Shown here: in pieces, positions 27,070 through 37,510 of the stretch
Layout: each line of letters opens with the position of its first letter
Numbering within the stretch: the first letter of the stretch is position 1
DNA from: an uncultured Clostridia bacterium
Lineage (GTDB): Bacteria > Bacillota > Clostridia > TANB77 > CAG-508
NCBI GenBank assembly: GCA_944390365.1
Contig: CALXPW010000002.1
Coordinates: 2,499-66,498, forward strand
DNA: 64,000 nt
Direction of reading: 5' to 3'
Made by a program: the position numbers and the translations under genes
The notes under the pieces: model-generated
Told to the model about the DNA's origin: nothing
The model's input: only the letters and a program-made list of their open reading frames with translations
Database searches by the model: none

Positions 27070-28603
27070 TCATTTCCAATACTTCCTATCCAAGCTCCTA
27101 TACTGTATTGCCTCTGCAATATGCTTTGCTTCTATATTTTCTTTTTCATCTAAATCTGCTATTGTTCTTGCAACTTTTAGTATTCGTTCATACCCTCTTG
27201 CACTTAGTCCCAACCTCTCAAATGCATTTTGCACAATTTCTTTAGATTTTAAGTCTAATTTGCAATATATATTACTAAGGCTTGGTGTTATTTCAGAATT
27301 TGAAAAAATCCCATGTTCTTTATACCTTTCTAATTGGATTTTTCTTGCATTGTCCACTCTCTGTTTTATAGTTTCTGAGGTTTCAATTTTTTCATCACTT
27401 GCTATCTTTTGATATTTTACTGGTGTTACTTCTATTTGAATGTCTATTCTATCTAAAAGTGGTCCACTAATTTTCCCCATGTATCGTGCTATTGCTTCTG
27501 GTGTACAAGTACATTCTTTGTCTTTTGAGCCGTAGAACCCACAGGGGCACGGATTCATTGATGCCACAAACATAAAATTGCACGGATATGTTAAGCTTGC
27601 ATTAACTCTGCTTATGGTAACCTCTCTGTCCTCTAATGGTCCTCTAAGTACTTCTAATGTGTTTTTGTTGAATTCTGGTAGTTCGTCTAAGAATAAAACT
27701 CCGTAATGGGCTAAACTTATTTCTCCTGGTTTTGGGATATTTCCACCACCAATTAAAGAATTGATTGTAACTGTATGGTGTGGTGACCTGAATGGTCTAG
27801 TTAAAAGAATTGGAACATCTTTTGAAAGTAATCCTGCTATACTATGAATTTTTGTAATTTCTAGTGCTTCTTCAAATGTTAAGTCTGGTAAGATAGATGG
27901 TATTCGCCTTGCCATCATTGTTTTTCCAGAGCCCGGTGTGCCTATCATGAGTATGTTATGACCTCCGTGCAGCAGCTATTTCTAATGCTCTTTTTACATT
28001 TTCCTGCCCTTTTACGTCTGAAAAATCCAGATTATATTTATGTCTTTCTTCGAATATCTTTTGTATATCTGTTTTTGTTGGTTCTATATTTTCTTCATCA
28101 TTTAAGTAATCTACAACTTCTTTTAAAGATATTGCGCCTATTACTTGTAGTCCACTTACTATCGCTGCTTCTTTAGCATTTTCTTCTGGTAAAATAATTC
28201 TTTTGATTCCTAATTTTTTTGCCTCTATACACATTGGCAGTATTCCATTTATTTTATTTAATTTGCCATTTAATGATAGTTCACCTATAAATACTGTATC
28301 TTCTAAATTTTGCCATTTTATATCTTGAAAATCTAACAAAATTCCTATTGCAATAGGCAAGTCAAAGAATGAGCCTTCTTTTCTTGTGTCTGCTGGTGCT
28401 AGATTTATAACTACTCTTCTACTTTGGAATTCGTATCCAGAATTTTTAATTGCTGTCCTTACTCTCTCTTTAGATTCCTTAACCGTTGCATCAGGAAGAC
28501 CCACTACTTCCCAATTTGGCATCCCTGCTGATACATCTACTTGCACATCAACAAGAAACCCATCTAAACCTTGTAGGGACATACTTTTTACTATTGATAA
28601 CAT
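27070..28603 (-). pseudogene. comM: YifB/ComM Mg-chelatase-like ATPase, split by a 1-nt frameshift at about 27965-27975
   Basis: The N-terminal Lon-like domain ORF (27956..28603) ends ...RALEIAAARRS*. The AAA+ ORF (27070..27948) starts MIGTPGSGKTMMARR. Own reading of GCTGCTGCACGGAGGTCATAACATACTCATGATAGGC gives ...AA(A)GGHNILMIGTPG if one C is removed. Confidence 0.85.
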
Positions 28604-28727
28604 ATTTTTACCTCGTTTTGGAAATTTAGACTTAGAACAAAGTCTATTAGAATTAACATGTTAATATGTTATCAGAATTTACATTATTTGTCAATGGTTT
28701 TTGTAAAATTTTAGAAATCTATTATTA

Positions 28728-29087
28728 CTAAATAATCTGCTTTATATGATTTATCTTGTACAAATCATCCTTCAAGTACACTTCAATTACATCTAATCTA
28801 ACGAATTCATTTTCCAAATGTTTAGAATATAAGTAATATTTAACTGTACTTATCAAATGCTTTTGCTTCGGTTCAGTTACAGAATCAATTGGTTTGCCAT
28901 ATAAAGTATTGGTTCGTGTTTTTACTTCTACAAAAACAAGTTCTTCTTTGGCATTATCTCTCGCTACTATGTCTATTTCACCTTGATTTGCCACAAAATT
29001 TCTTTCGATGATTGTGTAACCCAAGTTTTCTAAATATTTAGTAGCTAAGTCTTCTCCTATTTTTCCTATTTCATGTCGTAAATACAT
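28728..29087 (-). CDS. yraN: YraN family (UPF0102) endonuclease-like protein
   Basis: 119 aa. GEDLATKYLENLGYTIIERNF...GEIDIVA...VFVEVKTR is the typical YraN pattern. The yraN-comM-dprA order is conserved. Confidence 0.85.
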   Translation of the reverse strand: MYLRHEIGKIGEDLATKYLENLGYTIIERNFVANQGEIDIVARDNAKEELVFVEVKTRTNTLYGKPIDSVTEPKQKHLISTVKYYLYSKHLENEFVRLDVIEVYLKDDLYKINHIKQII

Positions 29088-29364
29088 ATTTTTAAAATAA
29101 CTCCTTGCTAATAAATTGGTTCCTTCGCTTCTATCTTATTTCTTTGTTTTAATTGGGAATTTAGATTTCGAATTAAATCTTTTGAATTAAACTAAGTGAG
29201 ACTATTTTATTATGTTTTCCACATTTTGTCAACTTTTTGTTATTATTCTCTTTACTTTTATTTATTTTGCTATATAATAGATAAAAATATAGAGGAAATG
29301 AAGGTTGAAGAGAATTTAAAATTTTTCAACCAATTTTATTTTCCAGAAAGGATTGTGAGTGTTT

Positions 29365-29865
29365 ATGGAACTAGTAGATAAGCTAAATAACAAAAGACAA
29401 AGCTTAAATAAAACTGCTGAACGACAAGAAAAAGTAGATGGCGAATATCGTCAGTCTGTCCATACCTGGATTATGAATAGTAAAGGAGAATTTCTAATTC
29501 AAAAAAGATCTCCTAATAAGAAAAATTTTCCAAATATGTGGTCTCAAACAGGTGGTGCAGTAGATGCAGGAGAAACTACTTTACAAGCAGCTTTAAGAGA
29601 GTGTAACGAAGAGCTTGGCATTTCTTTTGACCCAGCAAATATTGAATTTATGTTATCTTTTAAAAGAAAATACGATTTTGTAGATGTATGGCTTATAAAG
29701 CAAGATATTGAGATTTCTGATATTGTGCTACAAGAAGAAGAAGTTTCTGATGTAAAGTGGGCTACTGTAGATGAAATAAGAGATTTAATGAGAACAGGAA
29801 AACTTGCAAAAAGTATAGACATATATTTTGAAATGTTTCTTGAATTGATTAGCTATCCTTTTTAA
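29365..29865 (+). CDS. NUDIX hydrolase
   Basis: Nudix box GGAVDAGETTLQAALRECNEELGI. Start is probably ATG 29365; the track uses GTG 29359. Confidence 0.85.
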   Translation: MELVDKLNNKRQSLNKTAERQEKVDGEYRQSVHTWIMNSKGEFLIQKRSPNKKNFPNMWSQTGGAVDAGETTLQAALRECNEELGISFDPANIEFMLSFKRKYDFVDVWLIKQDIEISDIVLQEEEVSDVKWATVDEIRDLMRTGKLAKSIDIYFEMFLELISYPF

Positions 29866-30047
29866 TTATATACGGCAAATTAAAAGGAATGAGCCCTGTA
29901 AATTGCAGGATTCATTCCTAAATTGCCTAGTACCTAGTTAAAAATGTCCGATTTTTTGTTCAGTACAAAAGGTTAGTCAGTTTTTTCTCTCAAAGTTTGT
30001 TTGTTACCTTTTCTAATACTTATTTATTTTCCTACCAAACAAATCTC

Positions 30048-32063
30048 TTACTTTTTCTCAAATTCTATAGTTACCTTAAACAAATCTCCATCTAAGTAAA
30101 TATTAAATTTACCATTTTGAAGTTCTGTCAAACTTCTTGCTATAGATAATCCAAGTCCACTTCCTTCTGTGTTTCTTGAAGCTTCTCCTCTAACAAATCT
30201 TTGCATTAGCTCATCTGCACTTATGTTTAGTTTTTGCTTAGATACATTTTTTAGTTTAATATATATCTTATTATCTTCATCTACTATATCTATATATACT
30301 CGTGTGCCTTCTAATGCATATTTTGCAATATTTGAATACATATTTTCTAATACTCTATATAGATATCTGCTATCTGCTTCTATATATGCCTCTTCCTCCG
30401 GAAAACTAATTATTTCCTCTAACTTATGTGCTTCAAATTTATCTTGAAATTCTCCAGATATTTGCTTTATAAGTTCATTTACATTTAGTTTTTCCATATT
30501 TAATTTTATTGCTCCTGAAGATGCTTTTGACGCTTCTACTAAGTCTTCTGTTAGTTTCTTTAATCTTTGTGATTTATTATCTAATATGCCAAGATATTCA
30601 TTTGCTTTTTCTCCCTCTATGTTTTCTTTCTTTAGCAAGTCAACATAGTTAATAATTGAAGTAAGTGGTGTTTTTATATCATGTGATACATTTGTTATAA
30701 GTTCTGTTTTTAGCCTTTCGCTTTTTAGTCTTTCATTTATAGCATTTGAAAGTCCCCCTGCTATATCATTTATCTCTTTTGATGTAGCTTTATCTTCTTT
30801 AGAAAAATCGTTTTCGTTTAATTGTATGTCTGTTTTTCCACTATATAAATCGTTAATTGCCTGCTTTACTTTATTATAGCTTTTTATCCTATCTGAAATT
30901 AGTTTGTATGCATATATATTTATTAGAGCTAAAAGTATAATTCCTGCAAGCGGTTGAGCAAATAATATTCCTAAAGAAATTACATTAGCTACTAAATATA
31001 TTGTAAAAAATACTATAAAGTTACTCGTAATTTTCATATTTTGAGAAAAGTTCTTTATTTTTTTATACAACCAGTAAGCAAATGTAGTCTTCATAAATGT
31101 ATGTGTTTTTAATCTTTTTATAACTGTCTCGAAAAATAGTATACACGCAAGATATATTATAAGGATGCCAACTCCTACAAATGTAATTCCTACAATAAAT
31201 GTTAGCATATCATTCATACTTGATATTATGCTCATAAACAACAATCCTATAGAACCAATAAATAGTGCTATAAAAAACGCTATTTCTACTAATATCTTGT
31301 CAAACCAATTAAGTGTTATTCCTTCTATTCCCTTTTTCTTTCCAACTCCCATAACTGCAACAGGTATAAAGGCAATAAGTATTATAACTAGGACTGGAAT
31401 TAAATACATTGCATTTGGAGTAATTACTAAAAGAATATTATACAAAATTTGAGCTTGATATATTCCATCTGGATGTTCTAGTGGTTCTAGCAAAGATGTA
31501 TAAATTATATAGTTATTTGCATTTTCACTATTTTCTTCAAGTCTACTGTCCACATAATTCACATTTTTAAGTTTATTTATTGATGTGTCTATATTTGAGT
31601 TATCACAATTCCAATATATCTCTTTAGAACTAATTTGATTTTTTACTTCATCAAGTGTTGTACTACCTATTGCATAATCTATATTTGTAAATGCTTCTTT
31701 TGTTTCTTTATCTATTATTAGCCATTTTACATTGCTTCCATAATAATCATAAAAATAGTAAATTTTATTAACTTGGTCATTTCCTGTAACACTTTCTTCA
31801 GTTATATACATGTCATGTCTAACTGTAGAATAATCATCTAGTTGGAAGTTCTTAACAGAACTAAATGCACTAATTATTTCTGTGGCATATTGTTCGGCAA
31901 ATACTCTAGTATTTAAGAAATTTTCCCTATTATTTATAGCTTCTCTCTCCATTGGGTATGATAGGCAAACTATCATAAGTATCAATATAGCTAAAATAAT
32001 TGGTCCTATTATATACACTATATTCTTTAGTACTCTCGGCCAGCATATTTTGCTATTATCCAT
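30048..32063 (-). CDS. sensor histidine kinase with large N-terminal extracytoplasmic and multi-TM region
   Basis: H-box NVSHDIKTPLTSIINY, and HATPase G-boxes NTEGSGLGLSIA. Several hydrophobic helices lie between residues about 15 and 390. Confidence 0.9.
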   Translation of the reverse strand: MDNSKICWPRVLKNIVYIIGPIILAILILMIVCLSYPMEREAINNRENFLNTRVFAEQYATEIISAFSSVKNFQLDDYSTVRHDMYITEESVTGNDQVNKIYYFYDYYGSNVKWLIIDKETKEAFTNIDYAIGSTTLDEVKNQISSKEIYWNCDNSNIDTSINKLKNVNYVDSRLEENSENANNYIIYTSLLEPLEHPDGIYQAQILYNILLVITPNAMYLIPVLVIILIAFIPVAVMGVGKKKGIEGITLNWFDKILVEIAFFIALFIGSIGLLFMSIISSMNDMLTFIVGITFVGVGILIIYLACILFFETVIKRLKTHTFMKTTFAYWLYKKIKNFSQNMKITSNFIVFFTIYLVANVISLGILFAQPLAGIILLALINIYAYKLISDRIKSYNKVKQAINDLYSGKTDIQLNENDFSKEDKATSKEINDIAGGLSNAINERLKSERLKTELITNVSHDIKTPLTSIINYVDLLKKENIEGEKANEYLGILDNKSQRLKKLTEDLVEASKASSGAIKLNMEKLNVNELIKQISGEFQDKFEAHKLEEIISFPEEEAYIEADSRYLYRVLENMYSNIAKYALEGTRVYIDIVDEDNKIYIKLKNVSKQKLNISADELMQRFVRGEASRNTEGSGLGLSIARSLTELQNGKFNIYLDGDLFKVTIEFEKK

Positions 32064-32127
32064 ATATATTTTCTCCTTTCTTTAAACTGCTTTTCTTTTG
32101 AAGAGCGTATATTCATTTATCTTCTAA

Positions 32128-32835
32128 TCAATCTAACTTCTCAATCTTATACCCTATGCCCCAAATAACTTTTAAATATTTTGGTTCTCTTGGATTTATT
32201 TCTATTTTTTCTCTAATGTGTCTTATATGTACAGCTATAATATTTTCTGCGCCATAACTTTCCTCTTCCCACACATTTTCATAAATTTGTTCTATTGAAT
32301 ACACTATTCCTTTGTTTTTAGTTAAAAATTTAAGTATATTATATTCTGTTGGAGTTAACTTAACATCCTTACCGTCAACTTCTACAGTTTTGGTTGCGTC
32401 ATTTATTATTAAATCTCCTGATTTGTATATATCTTTATTATTTTCTTCTTTTTTTACCATAGAGCCTAAGCTTGTGTATCTACGTATTTGTGAATTAACT
32501 CTTGCTATAAGCTCTAGTGGGTTAAATGGCTTTGTAACATAGTCATCTGCTCCATTATTTAATCCTGCTATTTTATCATAGTCTTCAGATTTTGCAGATA
32601 ACATTATAATTGGAATTGATTTATCCTTTCTTATAATGTTTGCAGTTTCAATTCCATCTAACTTTGGCATCATTATGTCTAATATAATAAGCTGAATATC
32701 ATCATTTTTCTTTAATATTTCTAATGCTTCATTTCCATCATAAGCTTTTAATATGTTATATCCTTCCTTACTTAAGTATATTTCTATAGCTTTTACTATT
32801 TCTTTATCATCATCACAAACTAAAATATTGTACAT
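32128..32835 (-). CDS. OmpR-family response regulator
   Basis: Receiver domain (ILVCDDD...LDIMMPKLDG) and a C-terminal winged helix (LTPTEYNILKFL...IWGIGYK). Confidence 0.9.
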   Translation of the reverse strand: MYNILVCDDDKEIVKAIEIYLSKEGYNILKAYDGNEALEILKKNDDIQLIILDIMMPKLDGIETANIIRKDKSIPIIMLSAKSEDYDKIAGLNNGADDYVTKPFNPLELIARVNSQIRRYTSLGSMVKKEENNKDIYKSGDLIINDATKTVEVDGKDVKLTPTEYNILKFLTKNKGIVYSIEQIYENVWEEESYGAENIIAVHIRHIREKIEINPREPKYLKVIWGIGYKIEKLD

Positions 32836-33106
32836 AAATTTATTCCCCTTTTCGTAAAAATGTCCATATAACTATTATATCATATTGTTTTCTTGAATTA
32901 TATAGGAAAGCCAAAGCTTTTTACTTATTGTTTTCTCATTACTAAAAAATAGTATAGCATAATTTTATTAAGAAAAAAGTGTATAATTATTAAATTTTTA
33001 TTAATTATGAGTCCTGAGTGTCGAATTTTGTCAGACGATTTTTCTTGTTAAAAGTATAGATGTATGTTATACTTTTAGTATTAAATTTAAAAGGAGGTGA
33101 ACCCAG

Positions 33107-33610
33107 ATGGAACAAGAAACACTAACTCTTATATTATCAAAATTAAACGAAATGAATACTAAAATGGATGCTTTAGACACAAAAATTGATTTTGTACATA
33201 AAACTCTTAACGATAAAATCGATAATGTTTTTAATGTGCTTAACAAGAGAATTGATGATGCTGTTATCGAACTTAATCAAAAGATAGACGACGTTAATAT
33301 AAAAATAGACAATGTTAACGTAACTCTTAACAAAAAAATAGACGATGTCAATGAATCTCTTAATAAGAAGATAGACGATGTTAACGAATCTCTTAACAAA
33401 AAAATAGATGATGTCAATGAATCTCTTAATAAAAAAATTGATGACACTGCTGCTTCTTTAATTGAGAGAATGGATTATAGAATTGATGATGCCTCATCAA
33501 CATTAGATGCAAAAATGGATTTTTCATATAAAAGTTTGTCTAATTCTATTAATCGACTTGAATCTTATACTAAGAACAACTTTGCACAGATACATAATAA
33601 TAATGTCTAA
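33107..33610 (+). CDS. coiled-coil protein built from about 12 hendecad (11-residue) repeats
   Basis: RBS AAGGAGGTG. The repeat pattern x-L-N-x-K-I-D-x-V-x-x includes three near-identical units, KIDDVNESLNK. No signal peptide or TM segment. Confidence 0.6.
   Translation: MEQETLTLILSKLNEMNTKMDALDTKIDFVHKTLNDKIDNVFNVLNKRIDDAVIELNQKIDDVNIKIDNVNVTLNKKIDDVNESLNKKIDDVNESLNKKIDDVNESLNKKIDDTAASLIERMDYRIDDASSTLDAKMDFSYKSLSNSINRLESYTKNNFAQIHNNNV
33325..33446 (+). repeat. 33-bp tandem repeat (about 3.6 units) inside the hendecad-repeat gene
   Basis: Units start at 33325, 33358, 33391 and 33424 (CTCTTAA(C/T)AA(A/G)AA(A/G)ATAGA(C/T)GATGT(C/T)AA(T/C)GAAT). Confidence 0.85.
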
Positions 33611-33636
33611 AAGTTTTTTTCGTTTAATTAAAAAAT

Positions 33637-33688
33637 AAAGTGGCTTACAAATGTAGTTTGTATTAAAACTATATCTGTAAGCCACTTT
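33637..33688. terminator. bidirectional hairpin terminator between convergent genes
   Basis: 13-bp arms AAAGTGGCTTACA / TGTAAGCCACTTT with an inner TAGTTT/AAACTA stem. It lies between the ends of the repeat-protein gene (+) and xth (-). Confidence 0.6.
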
Positions 33689-33791
33689 AGTAGCTAGTTT
33701 AAAGTTCTCTTATTGTAATAATTCACTATTTCTAGCAAATATTTTTAACAATTTATTTATAATACTTCTTTATTTCTAATTGCAATTTACA

Positions 33792-34559
33792 CTAAACATC
33801 TATGTCTAATCCTACTGGACAATGGTCGCTTCCCATAATTTCAGAATAAATATAACTTTCTTTTATTTTATCTTTAATACTATCCGAAACTATAAAATAA
33901 TCTATTCTCCATCCTGCATTCTTTTCTCTTGCTTTAAACATATATGACCACCAGGTATACATATCAGTTTTGTCTGGATATAAATATCTAAAAGTATCTG
34001 TAAATCCTGCGTTCAATAATTCTGTCATTTTTTCTCGTTCTTCATCAGTAAATCCTGCATTTCTTCTATTAGTTTTTGGATTTTTTAGGTCTATTTCTTT
34101 ATGAGCCACATTTAAGTCTCCACAAACAATAACAGGCTTTTTCTTGTTTAATTCTATAAGATAGTTTCTAAATGCATCTTCCCAAACCATTCTATAATCT
34201 AATCTTTCTAATTCTCTTTTGGAATTTGGAGTATAGCAATTTACCATATAAAATTTATCAAATTCTAATGTAATTACTCTTCCTTCTTTATCATGCTCTT
34301 CTATTCCAATTCCATACTCTACGTTTAATGGTTTGTCTTTTGTCATAATTGCTGTTCCTGAATATCCTTTTTTCTCTGCACTATTCCAATATGTATTATA
34401 TCCTTTAAATATTTCTTTTATATTATCATCTATTTGGTCTTCTTGCATTTTTGTTTCTTGTATGCAAAATACGTCTGCATCTATTTCTTTAAAGAACTCT
34501 ACAAATCCTTTGTTAATAACTGCTCTTAAACCATTTACATTCCATGATACTAACTTCAT
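33792..34559 (-). CDS. xth: exodeoxyribonuclease III
   Basis: MKLVSWNVNGLRA, FCIQETK, GDLNVAH and SDHCPV are the classic ExoIII/APE motifs. Confidence 0.9.
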   Translation of the reverse strand: MKLVSWNVNGLRAVINKGFVEFFKEIDADVFCIQETKMQEDQIDDNIKEIFKGYNTYWNSAEKKGYSGTAIMTKDKPLNVEYGIGIEEHDKEGRVITLEFDKFYMVNCYTPNSKRELERLDYRMVWEDAFRNYLIELNKKKPVIVCGDLNVAHKEIDLKNPKTNRRNAGFTDEEREKMTELLNAGFTDTFRYLYPDKTDMYTWWSYMFKAREKNAGWRIDYFIVSDSIKDKIKESYIYSEIMGSDHCPVGLDIDV

Positions 34560-34646
34560 ATCTTACATCCTTCCTTACATACTTTAAATAAACCACGAAA
34601 GGAGATAGTTTCCCATCTCCTTCCAATTATTGCTATTATTTAATTT

Positions 34647-35648
34647 CTATAATGAGTTGAAATATACATTTCCACCTATTATTTCTCCTGAATGGTATCC
34701 TGCAGCTCTAAATGATAAATATGTGTGATTTCTTTTACCATTTAATGCATCTAAAACTGCTTGTTTAACATATGATGGATAATTTCCGTTTAATCTTTTT
34801 CTCCAATGATTATCTATTGAATAACAGAATTGACTAGGTGCCATGTATTGACTTAATGGATCTGATCCATATCTTTTCCAACTACTGCTTACTGTTCTGT
34901 TGCATGCTGTTGTTATAACTGCAAGTGCACCTTCATAGCTTGAACTACATTCTTGAGCTGTTATTGCACATAATAAATCCAACTCACTATCTGAATATGT
35001 CCATTTGCCACCACTATATGATGTTCTAGAAGTACCTCTTGTAGTAATTTGTTTTGTTCTTATTTCTACTATTTTGTCAACTGGTTCTTTTACAACCTTT
35101 GATGACATTTCTGTTTTTTCTATTTCTTCACCATTTTGATATTTTATTTTATATGTTACTTCTCTTATTCCGTTTTTGCCTTCTTGTACGACTCTATCTT
35201 GTTTTGTTCCACTTCCTGTAGTAACATCTTTTGTAATTGTTTCATAAGGTATTGTTTCTTTTTCAACAACGATTTTTTCTGTAATTTTAGAATAATTATT
35301 TAAAATATCATCTGTTGAAACTTCAGAAGATTTTTCTACTTTTTCAAAAACCTCAACGTCTTCTGATTCTTTTGATATTATAATTGTGTTATTATCAGAT
35401 AATTCTTCTGTTGTGTCTGGTGTTACCTTTTCATCCTCTAATAATACAATATGATTTTCGTCTAAAATATCTTTGACACTTGTCTTAGTTGTAAAAACAT
35501 CCATCTCATATCCACTTGATAGAACAATTTTTACATTATTTACCTTGACATTTCCTGCCATTACGCCAACGCTAAGTAAGAATATAAGTATAACACTTAT
35601 ACAAACTATTTTTTTCAGCGATATTGACGCCTTATCATCTTTCTTCAT
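34647..35648 (-). CDS. secreted cell-wall hydrolase with DUF348-like and G5 domains and a SleB/CwlJ-like C-terminal domain
   Basis: N-terminal TM/signal segment. G5-like ETIPYETITKDV...VVQEGKNGIREVTYKIKYQNGEE. C-terminal LLCAITAQECSSSYEGALAVITTACNR. Confidence 0.65.
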   Translation of the reverse strand: MKKDDKASISLKKIVCISVILIFLLSVGVMAGNVKVNNVKIVLSSGYEMDVFTTKTSVKDILDENHIVLLEDEKVTPDTTEELSDNNTIIISKESEDVEVFEKVEKSSEVSTDDILNNYSKITEKIVVEKETIPYETITKDVTTGSGTKQDRVVQEGKNGIREVTYKIKYQNGEEIEKTEMSSKVVKEPVDKIVEIRTKQITTRGTSRTSYSGGKWTYSDSELDLLCAITAQECSSSYEGALAVITTACNRTVSSSWKRYGSDPLSQYMAPSQFCYSIDNHWRKRLNGNYPSYVKQAVLDALNGKRNHTYLSFRAAGYHSGEIIGGNVYFNSL

Positions 35649-35684
35649 ACGAAATTTGTTCCCTCCTTTAAAAGCAACATCTTT

Positions 35685-35713
35685 ATTGTACCATAATAAT
35701 TTTCTTTTGTCAA
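35685..35713 (-). promoter_or_regulatory. sigma-A-like promoter for the cell-wall hydrolase gene
   Basis: Minus strand TTGACA (35713-35708), 17 nt, TACAAT (35690-35685), about 35 nt upstream of the ATG. Confidence 0.45.
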
Positions 35714-35942
35714 ATTTTGGCTGATTCTCTAAATCTGCTTAATTTAGCTATTTTCTATTTTTTTATTTTTGCATAATGTTCCTAAAAAGCCTTATATTAC
35801 TATTATATTCAGCTTGTACAAAAAATATTACCAATTTTTTATTTTTTTCACAATAAGTTCACATATATTTACTATAATTGTTGTATAATAAATAGTAATA
35901 TGTTATTATATTTATATATTTTATTTTAAGGAGGAGAATTTT

Positions 35943-36497
35943 ATGTGGTGGATTATATTAGCCATAGTCATAATAATTATTATAGCAATAATTGCAATGT
36001 ACAATAGCTTAGTAACAATGCGCCAAAGAGTTAAAAATGCATGGAGTCAAATTGATGTCCAATTACAAAGAAGATTTGATTTAATTCCAAACTTAGTTGA
36101 AACAGTAAAAGGCTATATGGCACATGAAGCAGACGTTTTAACAAAAGTTACAGATTTACGTTCTTCTTGGGCAAATGCTAAAACAGTTGATGAAAAAGCT
36201 AAACTTGACAATCAATTATCTGAGTCTTTAAAAACAATTATGGCTGTTGCTGAAAATTATCCTGATTTAAAAGCAAATCAAAACTTTAGTGAATTACAAA
36301 CAGAATTAACAAATACTGAAAATAAGATTTCTTATTCAAGACAATTTTATAATGATACTGTAACTAGATATAACATTAAGCTAGAGACATTTCCTTCTAA
36401 TGTTATAGCATCAGTATTTAATTTTAAATCAGAGAATTTATTTGAGGTAGACAACCAAGAAGCTAGAAAAAATGTTAAAGTTGACTTTAATAAATAA
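35943..36497 (+). CDS. lemA: LemA family protein
   Basis: N-terminal TM helix followed by [39 protein letters not shown], the LemA signature. Confidence 0.9.
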   Translation: MWWIILAIVIIIIIAIIAMYNSLVTMRQRVKNAWSQIDVQLQRRFDLIPNLVETVKGYMAHEADVLTKVTDLRSSWANAKTVDEKAKLDNQLSESLKTIMAVAENYPDLKANQNFSELQTELTNTENKISYSRQFYNDTVTRYNIKLETFPSNVIASVFNFKSENLFEVDNQEARKNVKVDFNK

Positions 36498-36575
36498 TTT
36501 ATAATTAAATGGCCACACTATTATTGATCGTCAATAAAATGTGGCTATATTATATTAAAAGGATTGGTACAAAAT

Positions 36576-37478
36576 ATGTATGAAGATATTCGAAATAATA
36601 AAATAAAAACCGGTTTAATAGTATCGTTATTTATAGTTGTAATTGCTTTAATTGTTTATTATGTATGCATGGCATTTGACTTAGGAGTTATATCAATTAT
36701 TATAGCAATGATATTTTCTATAGGTTCTGCTTGGGCTTCATATTATTATAGTGATAAAATAGTCTTATCTATAAATAGAGCTCACCCAGCATCACCTGAA
36801 CAATACGAAAAACTAAATAATATTCTTGATGGTCTAATGGTATCGTCTGGTCTATCAGATAGACCTAAATTATATGTTGTAGACGACCCTCAACCCAATG
36901 CTTTTGCAACAGGTAGAAATCCACAGAATGCAGTAATCTGCGTCACAACTGGCTTACTAGATATAATGGATTATTACGAGCTTGAAGGTGTTGTAGCACA
37001 TGAATTATCTCATATAAAAAACTATGATATACGTTTATCTGCCGTTGTTAGTGTAATGGTAGGTTTTATTGTAATGTTAACAGACTGGGTTAGTCGTGCT
37101 TTATTCTGGGGTAGAGGAAGAGATAATGACCGAGAAGGTAGTGGAAATCCAATACTAATGCTTATTGGTCTTATATGCTTAATACTAGCTCCAATTTTTG
37201 GTCAACTTATGCAGTTAGCATTATCAAGACGTAGGGAATTCTTAGCAGACGCCAGTGCTGTTGAACTTACTAGAAATCCAGATGGCTTAATATCAGCTTT
37301 ACAAAAATTAGATGCAGATACACATCAGCTAAAAACTGCAAATAATTCTACTGCTCACATGTATATTGTGGATCCATTTAAATCAAATTTAAAGGATGGT
37401 AAGAAAAAGAAAACTAGTTTATTTTCAACACACCCTTCTATAGAAGATAGAATCGAAGCAATTAGGAATTTGAAATAA
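36576..37478 (+). CDS. htpX: M48 family zinc metalloprotease HtpX
   Basis: HELSHIKNYD (HExxH), four TM segments, C-terminal FSTHPSIEDRI. Start is probably ATG 36576. Confidence 0.9.
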   Translation: MYEDIRNNKIKTGLIVSLFIVVIALIVYYVCMAFDLGVISIIIAMIFSIGSAWASYYYSDKIVLSINRAHPASPEQYEKLNNILDGLMVSSGLSDRPKLYVVDDPQPNAFATGRNPQNAVICVTTGLLDIMDYYELEGVVAHELSHIKNYDIRLSAVVSVMVGFIVMLTDWVSRALFWGRGRDNDREGSGNPILMLIGLICLILAPIFGQLMQLALSRRREFLADASAVELTRNPDGLISALQKLDADTHQLKTANNSTAHMYIVDPFKSNLKDGKKKKTSLFSTHPSIEDRIEAIRNLK

Positions 37479-37510
37479 AAATCTTTGTGAATTATATGAT
37501 TTTAAAATAC

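Noticed and set aside
29196-29381. 61-aa ORF upstream of the NUDIX gene
   Set aside because: It has no RBS, translates as AT-rich low complexity, and overlaps the NUDIX start region. The same reasoning applies to 44860..45075, 37716..37916 and 57004..57234.
33325-33446. Regular 33-bp direct repeats that could be mistaken for a CRISPR array
   Set aside because: The repeats are contiguous with no spacers. They are in frame and encode the 11-residue units of the 33107..33610 protein.
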